Below are positions 9,955 to 21,560 of a stretch of DNA of 64,000 bases, piece by piece. The stretch is from Candidatus Eiseniibacteriota bacterium. GTDB taxonomy: Bacteria; Eisenbacteria; RBG-16-71-46. A model generated the notes under the pieces. It had not been told where the DNA came from, searched no databases, and saw only the letters and a list, made by a program, of their open reading frames with translations. The translations under genes were made by a program, and so were the position numbers. Numbering within the stretch: position 1 is the stretch's first letter; each line of letters opens with the position of its first letter. The stretch lies in contig JBGAML010000002.1 in the NCBI GenBank assembly GCA_044223005.1, forward strand, positions 273,868-337,867, given 5' to 3'.

Positions 9955-10993
9955 GCTCTGGTACGGCATCGTCGCCGCGATGCTCACGGCCTACGTGATC
10001 CTCGACGGCTTCGACTTCGGCGCCGGCGCCCTGCACCTGTTCGTCGCGCGCGACGATCGCGAGCGGCGCACGGTGCTGGCCGCGATCGGCCCGTTCTGGG
10101 ACGCCAACGAGGTGTGGCTGCTCGCCGCGGGCGGCGCGCTGTTCGTGGGCTTCCCGCGCGTGCTCGCCGCGGGGCTCTCGGGCTTCTACCTCGCGATCTT
10201 CCTCGTGCTCTGGAGCCTCATCCTGCGCGGCATCGCGATCGAGTTCCGCTCGCACGTGCGCGACCGCATGTGGCGTGGCTTCTGGGACGTGGTGTTCGCG
10301 GCCGCGAGCGCGCTGCTCCCGGTGCTGTTCGGCGCCGCGCTCGGCAACGTGATCCGCGGCGTGCCGCTCACCGCCGACGGCTGGTTCCAGCTCACGCTCT
10401 TCACCACGTTCCAGCCACACGGTGCCGTGGGCACGCTGGACTGGTACACGGTGCTTGCCGGTGTCTTCGCGCTCGTTGCGCTGACCGCGCACGGCGCGCA
10501 CTTCCTCGCGTGGCGCACCTCCGGAGCGGTGGGCGAGCGCGCGCGGCGCGCGGGCCGCGTGCTCGCGATCGTGCTCGCCGCGCTCTGGCCCGTGACCACG
10601 TGGGCGACGCTCGCGGTCGATCCCGCATTGCTCGCGGCTCTGCCGCACCGGCCGCTGGCGATCGCCGGGCTGCTGCTCGCGATCGGCGGTACGATCGCGG
10701 TCTTCGTGGCGAACGCGCGCGGGCGCATGCTCGCAGCGTTCCTCGGCTCGTGCGCATTCCTCGCCGGCATGCTGGTCGCCACCGCGGCGAGTCTCTACCC
10801 GGTGATGCTGCGCTCGACCATCGACCCGGCGCTCTCGCTCACCGCGACGAACGCCGGCGCGACGTCCGCGGGCCTCGCCACCGCGCTGCGCTGGTGGCTG
10901 CTCGGGATCCCGCTCGTGATCGGGTACTTCACGCTGCTCTTCCGCATCCACCGCGGCAAGGCGCAGCCGGCGGCGGACGGCGAGGGATACTGA
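9947..10993 (+). CDS. cydB: Cytochrome bd ubiquinol oxidase subunit II
   Basis: YVILDGFDFGAG, IGPFWDANEVWL, LRGIAIEFR; overlaps cydA stop. Confidence 0.95.
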   Translation: MFELWYGIVAAMLTAYVILDGFDFGAGALHLFVARDDRERRTVLAAIGPFWDANEVWLLAAGGALFVGFPRVLAAGLSGFYLAIFLVLWSLILRGIAIEFRSHVRDRMWRGFWDVVFAAASALLPVLFGAALGNVIRGVPLTADGWFQLTLFTTFQPHGAVGTLDWYTVLAGVFALVALTAHGAHFLAWRTSGAVGERARRAGRVLAIVLAALWPVTTWATLAVDPALLAALPHRPLAIAGLLLAIGGTIAVFVANARGRMLAAFLGSCAFLAGMLVATAASLYPVMLRSTIDPALSLTATNAGATSAGLATALRWWLLGIPLVIGYFTLLFRIHRGKAQPAADGEGY

Positions 10994-11217
10994 GCCGCGT
11001 CATCAATCCCGTGATCTTCGTCTCGCCCGCGCGACGCCCGGCCGGTTCCGCCCGGCCGGGCGTCGTCGCGTCTCGAACTTCCCGCCACTTGCGCCGCCGC
11101 CCACGGCATGCGCCCCCTGCGGCCAAACGCGCTCCGAGCCGAGACTTCGACGCGATCTCGCCCGGCGGGAGGCGCGTGCCTTCCGCTCGTCTCCGTCGTC
11201 GTCGTGGGAGGGCCGCC

Positions 11218-12370
11218 GTGAAACTCGTCACCGTCACGCACGATCCCCAGCGGGGCTGGTCGCAGCCGCTCGATTCGCAGCTCGATTCCCCGCACACGCT
11301 GGTGCTCGTGTTCGGTTCTCCCGACGCCACGCAGGTCGCGGCGCCGCTCGCCGAGCTCGCGCGCGCGCTGCCGCAGGCGCACGTGCTCGGCTGCTCGACC
11401 GCGGGCGAGATCCACGGCGACAAGATCCAGGACGACGGGCTCGTGGCCGCGATCGCGCGCTTCGAGCGCACGGAGCTGGCCGTCGCGCGCACGCACGTGG
11501 CGCAGGCGGCGGATTCGTTCGCGGCCGGTGAACGGCTGGCGCGCGAGCTCGTGCGCGAAGGACTGCGCGGCGTGTTCGTGCTCTCGGACGGCCTCAACGT
11601 CAACGGCAGCGAGCTCGTGCGCGGGCTCTCGTCGGTGCTGCCGCCCTCGGTCGTGATCTCGGGCGGGCTCGCGGGCGACGGCTCGCGCTTCGAGCGCACG
11701 TGGGTGGTCGAGAACGGAGCGCCCGCGCCCGGTGTCGTGTCGTGCGTCGGCTTCACCGGCGATGCCGTGCACATCGGGCACGGCTCCAAGGGTGGCTGGG
11801 ACAAGTTCGGGCCCGAGCGGCGCGTCACGCGCGCAGCTGGCAACGTGCTCTACGAGCTGGACGGCAAGCCCGCGCTCGAGCTCTACAAGACCTACCTCGG
11901 CGACCGCGCCGCCGGCCTGCCCGCGACCGGGCTGCTGTTCCCGCTCGCGATCCGCGCCGCCGCGGGCGACGAGAAGGTGCTCGTGCGCACGATCCTCGCC
12001 GTCGACGAAGCCACGCAGTCCATGACCTTCGCGGGCGACGTGCCCGAGGGCTCGCTCGCGCAGTTGATGCGCGCCAACTTCGAACGCCTGATCGCCGGCG
12101 CCGGTTCGGCCGCGCTGGCGACCGGCGCGCTGCAGGCGCCCGGCGCGCGCGAGGCCGACCATCTCGCGATCGCGATCAGCTGCGTGGGCCGCCGGCTCGT
12201 GCTCGGCGAGCGCACCGAAGAAGAGCTCGAAGCGACGCTCGAAGGTCTGCCGCTCACGGCGCATCAGGTGGGCTTCTATTCGTACGGCGAGATCTCGACC
12301 TATGCGTCGGGCATCTGCGACCTGCAGAACCAGACCATGACGCTCACGTCGATCCGCGAGGACCTGCCGC

Positions 12371-12381
<11 letters not shown>
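11218..12381 (+). CDS. FIST N/C-domain sensory protein (NosP-like)
   Basis: GCSTAGEI, LSDGLNVNGSELV, GGLAGDG, ISCVGRR, GFYSYGEI; GTG start after GGGAGG. Confidence 0.9.
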
Positions 12382-14187
<1,806 letters not shown>

Positions 14188-14191
<4 letters not shown>

Positions 14192-14886
14192 GCGCCTTCG
14201 CTCCGTTCCACGCGTGCGCGCTGCAGGCCGGTGCAGGGCGCGAGCGCGTCGAGCAGCTGCTGGTGCGTGACCGCGCGCGGGACGCGCACCTCGAGCGAGG
14301 CGACCAGCCGGTCCTCGGCGGCGATGCGCTCGCTCTGCAGCACGTGGCTCTCGGCCGGGATCGCGGCGAGCATCGCGATCACCTGATCGAGCGAACGCGC
14401 GCCGCGCAGGTCGACCTGCACGCGCCGCACCTGGCGCTGGTCGTCCTTGTCCTCGAAGCGGCGCAGCGTGGTGAGCGCGACGAGTCCGAGCGCGGTGACG
14501 AACACGGCGGTCGAGTACATGCCACCGCCCGACGCCATGCCGATCGCGCCCACGAGCCAGAGCCCCGCGGCCGTGGTGAGGCCGAAGACGTTGAAGCCGT
14601 TGCGCATGATCGCGCCGCCGCCCAGGAAGCCGATGCCCGTCACGATCGAGGCCGCGATACGCGACACGTCCACCTCGACGTGTTCGGCGGCGGTGTAGCG
14701 CTGGTGTTCGATGAACTGCGTCGAGACCACCATGTACGACGCGGCCGCGAGCGCCACGATCATGTGCGTGCGCAGCCCGGCGGGGCGCCCGCGGCGGTCG
14801 CGTTCGAGCCCGATGATACCCCCGAGGACCGCGGCCACGAGGATTCGTACGAAGAGCGAGAGATCCGGGATGCCGATTCCCTGCAC
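14188..14886 (-). CDS. MgtC/SapB family membrane protein
   Basis: IGLERDRRGRPAGLRTH, RIAASIVTGIGFLGGGAI, GLTTAAGLW; GTG start after AAGGAG. Confidence 0.9.
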
Positions 14887-15153
14887 GAGGACTCCTTGTC
14901 GTCGCGGCCGACCGGTCGGGACCCCGCCCGCCGCGCAACTGCGCACGGCTCGGGGCCAAAGAGCGAGGAGTATCACCGCGAGTTGCCGGACCGAAAGCGC
15001 AATCCCCGCTCGCTGCCCGGGCGGCTCGCTTACCGCGCAGCGATTCCCGTGTCGCAACTCCCGCGAGCCTTCCACCGCGTGCGACGAGCCCGCGCGCGCG
15101 GCCGCGCCCGTCAGCCGGATCACCCGAGGCGACGGCGAGTTCCTGCGCGGCCG

Positions 15154-16092
15154 TCAGCGGTGACGCACGTAGTCCAGGTCCGTGTCCGCCACCCAGGTGA
15201 CGCCGCCATCGGTGGAATGGTCGAAGAGCTGGCGCACGTGGTCCGGCCCGAGGCTGAAGAACGTGAGCCGGTCGGTTCGGCCGGGGGGCGTTCCCGGCTG
15301 CGGCTCGGCGAGGAACTCGAGTCGCTCTCCGATCCGGTGACCGTCATCGTAGTTCGTGACGTGCCCGGAGTCGTCCATCCAGTTCTGCTGCCAGCATCGC
15401 TTCGCCGGATTCCAAGCGTTGAAGCTCTTGCCATTGCCGCCCAGCCGGCCGCTCCAGTTCTCGAAGATCACGCACTGGCCGAGGATCGCTTCGACGTGGC
15501 TCGTGCCGGCGGGCCCGTGGCCGCGCAGGTTGTCGGTCACGTCCCAATCGCCGATCCAGAAGTCGAGCTGCCGCGACTCGGGCTGGTACGCGCACGGCTC
15601 CTGGTTGCGACGAGCGCGGTCGATCGCGCTCGCGAATCGCGCGTCCCCGCGGATCGCCGTGAAATCGCCGTCGTCGAGCAGCTGCTGCGGCTGGCGGTAG
15701 CCCGCGTTCATCAGCCGATCGAGAACCGCGAGCGCCGAGTCCGCCTGGTTCGCGCGTGCGTGGGCGCATGCCGCGTTGTAGAGCGCGATCGCGGCGGGGT
15801 AGCCCGTCGCGCTCGCCGTCTTCCAGGCCAGCGCCGAGCGCTCGAAGCGGCCCAGCGAGTAGCACGCCGAGCCGAGCCGGCTCCAGGCACGCGCGTTCGC
15901 GGGTTCCACGGTGACGATCGTCTCATAGGCCGTCACGGCGCGGGACCAGTCGGCGTGAGCGAAGGCGGTGTCCGCGGCCGCATGGGCCGCTGCCGGCGTG
16001 GGCCGGGGCGCGGCGGTGGCAGTGGCGGTAGCGACGGTGGCAGCGACGAGCGCGATCGCGATGGCGAGGCCCCGAAGCGGGCAGTGGTTCAC
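15154..16092 (-). CDS. Secreted TPR protein with C-terminal beta-barrel-like domain
   Basis: Signal peptide; TPR (LYNAACAHA); QLDFWIGDWDV...WQQNWMDDSG...STDGGVTW. Confidence 0.7.
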   Translation of the reverse strand: MNHCPLRGLAIAIALVAATVATATATAAPRPTPAAAHAAADTAFAHADWSRAVTAYETIVTVEPANARAWSRLGSACYSLGRFERSALAWKTASATGYPAAIALYNAACAHARANQADSALAVLDRLMNAGYRQPQQLLDDGDFTAIRGDARFASAIDRARRNQEPCAYQPESRQLDFWIGDWDVTDNLRGHGPAGTSHVEAILGQCVIFENWSGRLGGNGKSFNAWNPAKRCWQQNWMDDSGHVTNYDDGHRIGERLEFLAEPQPGTPPGRTDRLTFFSLGPDHVRQLFDHSTDGGVTWVADTDLDYVRHR

Positions 16093-16383
16093 GGCGGTCC
16101 CCTCGATCCCGATCGGGTGGATGGCGCCGCGATCCTACCATCCGGCGAGGGTTGCCGCGTCGGCGAATCGGGGGTGGCGCTGCCCGAAACGCAGCTTGCA
16201 ATTCGCATTGCGGCAGGGGCCGGGCGGTGCGCCTCGCGGCGATTCCACTGTGATTCCGGGAGCATCCTCTCGTTACAATTGTTCGAACACGCACATCGTC
16301 GGCGCCCCCGGGAGACGCCCGGGCCGCCGTGGGTATGGCCGGGAGCCAGCCCACCTCGTGACCCTCGCCACCCTCGAGGCCCC

Positions 16384-17478
16384 ATGTCCGGTCGCCATCC
16401 CTTAGCCCTGCTCCTCGCCATCGTGTTCGCGGCGCCCGCGTTCGCCGCGGACGGCCTGCCCACCACGGTGACCACGGCGCCGCAGGCCGCACGCGCGGCG
16501 ACGACCGTCGACGCCTCGCAGGCGTTCACGTACCAAGGCATGCTCAAGAGCGCCGGGGCGCCGCTCAACGGCACGGCCGACCTGACGTTCACGCTGAGCG
16601 ATGCCTCCACGGGGGGAAACATCTTCGGGACGCAGTCGCTGACCACGGCCGTTTCGAACGGACTCTTCACCGTGACGCTGAACGACGCCGGGCAGTTCCT
16701 CGCCACCGCGTTCGACGGTCGCGCGCTCTGGCTCGAGATCGCCGTGCGCAGCCCCGCGGGCTCGGGCGGCTACACCACGCTCACGCCGCGGCAGGCGCTC
16801 AGCGCTGCGCCGATCGCCAGCACGCTGGCGCCCATGGCCGTGATCACCGGAAACAACACGAACTCGGGTGCTGCCGCCCTCGAAGTGAATGCGGCCGCCG
16901 CGACGGCCGGTGCGCCGGTCGCCGCGTTTCGCGCCGCAGCAGGAAACAACCTCGTTCTGCGCACGCTCTTTCAGGTGCCCACGGCGATTCAGGGCGACAG
17001 TTGGGACGGCGTCGGCGTCGCAGGAGTGACGTGGAACGGGACCGCGGTCCTCGGCAACGCGCTTAGCGGCGGGCTCGCGGGCAAGTTCTACGGCGACGTC
17101 GACGTGACCGGGAAGGTGAAGTCGGATCGCTGGCAGTCGCGCATCGCGATCAACTCACTCGGGCCGCTCCCGATCACCAGTGCGTCGTTCTCCACGAAGG
17201 GCGGCACGCTGATGCTGAACTACTCGGGCTCGGGCTATTCCAACACTCCCGGTCAGATGATCGGCATGACGGTCACCCTCGACGGCGTGACGTTCGTCGA
17301 CAACACGGGCATCTACGCCAACTCGGCCAGCCAGCACCTCGCGTTCGTGCCCAAGACCTGGGTCCTGAGCAACATCGCCGCCGGCTCGCACACGATCTCG
17401 TTGAGCACCATGAACGCCGCCACGCACACGGATTCCAACGACATCTTCAACGTCACCGTCACGGAGCTGCCGTGGTGA
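16384..17478 (+). CDS. Secreted fibre/adhesin-like protein, paralogue 1 of 4
   Basis: Signal peptide; FTYQGML...VSNGLFTVTL...WLEIAVR...TPRQAL N-domain; Gly-rich GVxG middle; C-domain ending DIFNVTVTELPW. Confidence 0.7.
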   Translation: MSGRHPLALLLAIVFAAPAFAADGLPTTVTTAPQAARAATTVDASQAFTYQGMLKSAGAPLNGTADLTFTLSDASTGGNIFGTQSLTTAVSNGLFTVTLNDAGQFLATAFDGRALWLEIAVRSPAGSGGYTTLTPRQALSAAPIASTLAPMAVITGNNTNSGAAALEVNAAAATAGAPVAAFRAAAGNNLVLRTLFQVPTAIQGDSWDGVGVAGVTWNGTAVLGNALSGGLAGKFYGDVDVTGKVKSDRWQSRIAINSLGPLPITSASFSTKGGTLMLNYSGSGYSNTPGQMIGMTVTLDGVTFVDNTGIYANSASQHLAFVPKTWVLSNIAAGSHTISLSTMNAATHTDSNDIFNVTVTELPW

Positions 17479-18563
17479 CCGCGGCGCTGGCAATGGGCCT
17501 CGCGTTCCTCGCGACAGCGGGTCCCGTGACGCCCGGGACGACGGCGCCCGTGCCGACCGCCGCGCCGCAGCAGGCGCGCTCGGCCACCGCCGTCGACGCG
17601 GGGCGTGCGTTCACGTATCAGGGCATGCTCAAGAGCGCCGGGGCGCCGCTCAGTGCGACGGCCGACCTGCAGTGCACGCTCTACGACGGCGCCACTGCGG
17701 GCACCAGCTTCGGGACGCAGACCGTGACCACCACCGTCTCGAACGGGCTCTTCACCGTGACGCTGAACGATGCCAGCCAGTTCACCTCCACGGCGTTCGA
17801 CGGCCGCGCACTCTGGCTCGAGATCGCGGTGCGCAGTCCCGCGGGCAGCGGCGCCTACACGACGCTTTCGCCGCGCCAGGCGCTCTCTGCCGCGCCGATC
17901 GCGGCGACGCTCGCGCCCCAAGCCCGCATCCAAGCCACCTACACGGGCAGCTACAACGCGGGGCTCAATCTCGCAGCCCCGGCCAATACCTTCAACCCGA
18001 CTGCGCTGTCCGTCCTCGCGGGCCCGCGGACCTTCACGTGGCTGACGGACGTTCCGGCCGGCGTCCTGTCGGATACCGAATCGGGATACGGAGTGGTCGG
18101 GACCACCAACACGGGCACCGGGCTATACGGCCGGACGTTGAATGGCAGCGGTACCGGAACCGCCGGACGCTTCGACGGCGACGTGAGCGTGAACGGCAAG
18201 CTGCTGGTGGACCGCTGGCAGTCGACGATGGCGATCAACTCGGTGGGCCCGCTGCCGCTGACCAGCGCTTCGTTCACGACGCACGGTGGCCACCTGATGA
18301 TCACGTACTCGGGATCGGGCTACTCCAGTGTCGCCAGCACGCTGATCGGCATGACCGTCAAGCTCGACGGCGTCACGTTCATCGACAACACGGGCATCCT
18401 CGCCAACAACGCCAGCCAGCACCTCGCGTTCGTGCCCAAGACGTGGCTGATGAGCGGCGTTGCCCCGGGATCGCACACGATCGGACTGACGCCCCTGAAC
18501 ATCTCCACCCAGACCGACAGCGGCGACATCTTCAACGTCACCGTCACGGAGCTCCCATGGTGA
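17472..18563 (+). CDS. Secreted fibre/adhesin-like protein, paralogue 2 of 4
   Basis: Same architecture; GTGGTGA start/stop overlap with paralogue 1. Confidence 0.7.
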   Translation: MVTAALAMGLAFLATAGPVTPGTTAPVPTAAPQQARSATAVDAGRAFTYQGMLKSAGAPLSATADLQCTLYDGATAGTSFGTQTVTTTVSNGLFTVTLNDASQFTSTAFDGRALWLEIAVRSPAGSGAYTTLSPRQALSAAPIAATLAPQARIQATYTGSYNAGLNLAAPANTFNPTALSVLAGPRTFTWLTDVPAGVLSDTESGYGVVGTTNTGTGLYGRTLNGSGTGTAGRFDGDVSVNGKLLVDRWQSTMAINSVGPLPLTSASFTTHGGHLMITYSGSGYSSVASTLIGMTVKLDGVTFIDNTGILANNASQHLAFVPKTWLMSGVAPGSHTIGLTPLNISTQTDSGDIFNVTVTELPW

Positions 18564-19652
18564 ACGCAGTACTCGCAATGGGCCTCGCGTTTCTCGCGAC
18601 GGCGGGCCCCGTGACGTCGGGGTCGACGACGGCGCCCGGCCCTGCCGCCGCGCCGCAGCAGGCGCGCGCGACGACCGCCGTCGACGCGGGGCGTGCGTTC
18701 ACGTACCAGGGCATGCTCAAGAGCGCCGGGGCGCCGCTCAACGGCACGGTGGATCTGCAGTTCACGCTCTACGACGACCCCGCGGCAGGTTCCAGCTACG
18801 GAACGCACTCCCTGACGACGACGGTTTCGAACGGACTCTTCACCGTGACGCTGAACGATCCGCAGTGGTTCTATTGGTGGGCGTTCGATGGCCGTGCGCT
18901 CTGGCTTTCGGTGGCGGTACGCAGTCCCGCCGGCAGCGGCGTCTACACGACACTTTCGCCGAGGCAGGCGGTGACTCCCGTGCCGATCGCGCAGACGCTC
19001 GTTCCCCTGGCGCACATCGAGACCGCCGATTCGAGCCCTGAAAATGCGGTGATCAACCTCTCGGCCCCGGCGGGCTTTACCAATCCGACGGCGCTCGCCG
19101 TCACCGCCGGGCCGTCGATGTTCCACCTGGGGTCGACCGGTCCCGTCGGAGTCGAGGCCGACGTCGCGGCGGGAACCAGCATTCTCGGCACCACGGACAC
19201 GGGCGTCGCGATCCACGGGCGGACGCTGCACGGCGCCGGAACGGGACTCGCCGGGCGCTTCCAGGGTGACGTCTGGGTGTCCGGCAAGATGCACGTGGAC
19301 GGCTGGCAGACGCAGGTGGCGATCAACTCGACCGGCCCGCTCCCACTCACCAGCACGCCGTTCCTGACGCAGGGTGGCCACCTGATGATCACGTACTCGG
19401 GATCGGGCTACTCCAGTGTCGCCAGCACGCTGATCGGCATGACGATCAAGCTCGACGGCGTCACGTTCATCGACAACACGGGCATCCTCGCCAACAACGC
19501 CAGCCAGCACCTCGCGTTCGTGCCCAAGACGTGGGTGATGAGCAACGTCTCCGCCGGCCTGCACACGCTCGAACTGACACGGCTCAACACCTCCACCCAG
19601 ACCGACAGCGGCGACATCTTCAACGTCACCGTCACGGAGCTCCCATGGTGAA
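18285..19652 (+). repeat. Near-identical direct repeats between paralogues 2 and 3 (offset 1088 nt)
   Basis: 18285-18446 vs 19373-19534 differ at 2 bases by eye; 18503-18564 vs 19591-19652 identical. Confidence 0.85.
18557..19651 (+). CDS. Secreted fibre/adhesin-like protein, paralogue 3 of 4
   Basis: Same architecture; ATGGTGA overlap with paralogue 2. Confidence 0.7.
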   Translation: MVNAVLAMGLAFLATAGPVTSGSTTAPGPAAAPQQARATTAVDAGRAFTYQGMLKSAGAPLNGTVDLQFTLYDDPAAGSSYGTHSLTTTVSNGLFTVTLNDPQWFYWWAFDGRALWLSVAVRSPAGSGVYTTLSPRQAVTPVPIAQTLVPLAHIETADSSPENAVINLSAPAGFTNPTALAVTAGPSMFHLGSTGPVGVEADVAAGTSILGTTDTGVAIHGRTLHGAGTGLAGRFQGDVWVSGKMHVDGWQTQVAINSTGPLPLTSTPFLTQGGHLMITYSGSGYSSVASTLIGMTIKLDGVTFIDNTGILANNASQHLAFVPKTWVMSNVSAGLHTLELTRLNTSTQTDSGDIFNVTVTELPW

Positions 19653-20736
19653 TGCAGCGCTGGCAGTGGGCCTCGCGTTTCTCGCGACGGCCGGCCCCGT
19701 GGCCTCGGGGCCCGAGGCGGTGACCGTTCGCACCACCACGCCGCAGGCGGCCCGGGCGGTCACGACCGTCGACGCGACGCACGCGTTCACGTACCAGGGC
19801 ATGCTCAAGAGCGCCGGTGCGCCGCTCAACGCGGTCGCCGAGCTGCAGTTCACGCTCTACGACGACGCGACTGCGGGAAACAACTTCGGGACGCAGACGT
19901 TGACGACGAGCGTCTCGAACGGGCTCTTCACCGTGACGTTGAACGATGCGAACCAGTTCGGAGCCCAGACGTTCGACGGCCGGGCGCTCTGGCTCGAGAT
20001 CGCGGTGCGCAGTCCCGCCGGGGCCGGCGTGTACACGACGCTCACGCCGCGCCAGGCGCTCACCGCCGCACCGATCGCCGCCTCGCTGGCGCCCCTGTCG
20101 CGGATCCTGACGACCAACACCAACATGTACACGCCCGCGCTGTACGTCCTGTCGACGCCCGCGACGCCGAGTGGCTCGGCCTACGGCATTCATGCGGTGG
20201 CCGAGGAGGCCGGTTTCTACACGAGCTTCTACGCCTCAACCGCGATCCAGGGCGACAGCTACGAGGGCCATGGTGTCGCGGGTTCCACGGGGACCGGCGA
20301 CGCGATCTTCGGCTATGCGCCCTTTGGCGGACTCGCCGGCAACTTCGTCGGAAATGTGAACATCGCCGGCCAGCTGGTCGTGGATCGCTGGCAGCCTTGG
20401 ATCGCGATCAACTCCACCGGCCCGCTGCCACTCACGAGCGCCAGCTTCCAGACGCACGGCGGCACCCTGATGCTCAACTACTCCGGCTCCGGTTACACGA
20501 ACGTCGGCGGCACCCAGATCGGCATGACGGTGACGCTCGACGGCATCACGTTCGTCGACAACACCGGCATCGTCGCGAACTCCGCCGGCCAGCACCTGGC
20601 GTTCGTGCCCAAGACGTGGGTGCTGAAGAACATCCCCGCCGGCACGCACACGATCGGGCTGACGAAGCTCAACAACAACACCCAGACCGACAGCGGCGAC
20701 ATCTTCAACGTCACCATCACGGAGCTGCCCTTCTGA
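19645..20736 (+). CDS. Secreted fibre/adhesin-like protein, paralogue 4 of 4
   Basis: Same architecture; ATGGTGA overlap with paralogue 3; ends DIFNVTITELPF. Confidence 0.7.
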   Translation: MVNAALAVGLAFLATAGPVASGPEAVTVRTTTPQAARAVTTVDATHAFTYQGMLKSAGAPLNAVAELQFTLYDDATAGNNFGTQTLTTSVSNGLFTVTLNDANQFGAQTFDGRALWLEIAVRSPAGAGVYTTLTPRQALTAAPIAASLAPLSRILTTNTNMYTPALYVLSTPATPSGSAYGIHAVAEEAGFYTSFYASTAIQGDSYEGHGVAGSTGTGDAIFGYAPFGGLAGNFVGNVNIAGQLVVDRWQPWIAINSTGPLPLTSASFQTHGGTLMLNYSGSGYTNVGGTQIGMTVTLDGITFVDNTGIVANSAGQHLAFVPKTWVLKNIPAGTHTIGLTKLNNNTQTDSGDIFNVTITELPF

Positions 20737-21308
20737 TGAAAACGACCCGCACGTCACTCCGCGCCCCGCTCGCCGGGGCCATGATTCTCGCGGCCGCGCT
20801 CCTGCTGGTGTCCACCCACCCGTCGCACGCTTCGAGCGGCCCCGGCTTCGAGCTCTCGTGGACCCGCGTCGCCAACGGCGGCACGACCACTGCGAGCGGC
20901 GGCGCCTTCACGCTCTCCGGCACGATCGGCCAGCACGAGCCCGGTACGCAGACGGGCGGCGACTACTCGCTGTCGGGCGGCTTCTGGTACGGCGGCGCCG
21001 CGCAGCAGGGCGTCGACGTGACGCCCACCACGGGCCCGCGCCACACCGAGTTCGCGCTGCACGGCTTCGTCCGCAATCCCGCGCCGATGGCCGACCTCAC
21101 CGTGTCGTACGCCATCGCCGACGGCGCGCCCGCGTCGCTCGAACTGCTCGACGTGGCCGGCCGCCGCGTGGCCGAGACGAGCGCGCTGCACCCCGGCACC
21201 GGCTCGGTGCGGCTCGAGCCCGCGGGTCGCATCTCGCCCGGGCTCTACTGGCTGCGGCTCAAGCAGGCGGGGAAGAGCGCCACCGCAAAAGCGGTCCTCG
21301 TGCAGTAG
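20736..21308 (+). CDS. Small secreted Gly-rich partner protein with CTD-like tail
   Basis: TGATG overlap; FELSWTRVANGG...FTLSGTIGQ...YSLSGGFW domain then RNP...LDVAGRRV...PGLYWLRL. Confidence 0.7.
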   Translation: MKTTRTSLRAPLAGAMILAAALLLVSTHPSHASSGPGFELSWTRVANGGTTTASGGAFTLSGTIGQHEPGTQTGGDYSLSGGFWYGGAAQQGVDVTPTTGPRHTEFALHGFVRNPAPMADLTVSYAIADGAPASLELLDVAGRRVAETSALHPGTGSVRLEPAGRISPGLYWLRLKQAGKSATAKAVLVQ

Positions 21309-21341
21309 CCGCAAGCGGTCCGTATTCGCGGCATCCGTCAC

Positions 21342-21383
21342 AAGCACCCCGCTCCGGTTCGCCGGAGCGGGGTGCTTACTTTT
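21342..21383 (+). terminator. Rho-independent terminator closing the fibre operon
   Basis: 16-bp perfect stem AAGCACCCCGCTCCGG-TTCG-CCGGAGCGGGGTGCTT followed by ACTTTT. Confidence 0.8.
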
Positions 21384-21560
21384 GGTGCGGGCGCGTCGCG
21401 CGCTCGCGCCGCCGTCGCGCCGTCATAAACACGTGCCGGGTGCACACGAGTTTTCAGCCGCTTTCCGATTGTCGGGTGCACCCTGCGCTCCCTAGCGTGC
21501 GCCCCCTGGCCACGACGCCAGCGCTGTTCCCGGATCGAGTCCCCCTCACCGGAGGTGCAG

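Noticed and set aside
16384..20736. Paralogue array as a diversity-generating retroelement or CRISPR array
   Set aside because: No reverse transcriptase or cas gene in the window; repeats are whole coding genes and differences are not confined to adenines.
16384..21308. Prophage tail region
   Set aside because: Proteins carry signal peptides, and no capsid, terminase, baseplate or integrase genes are nearby.
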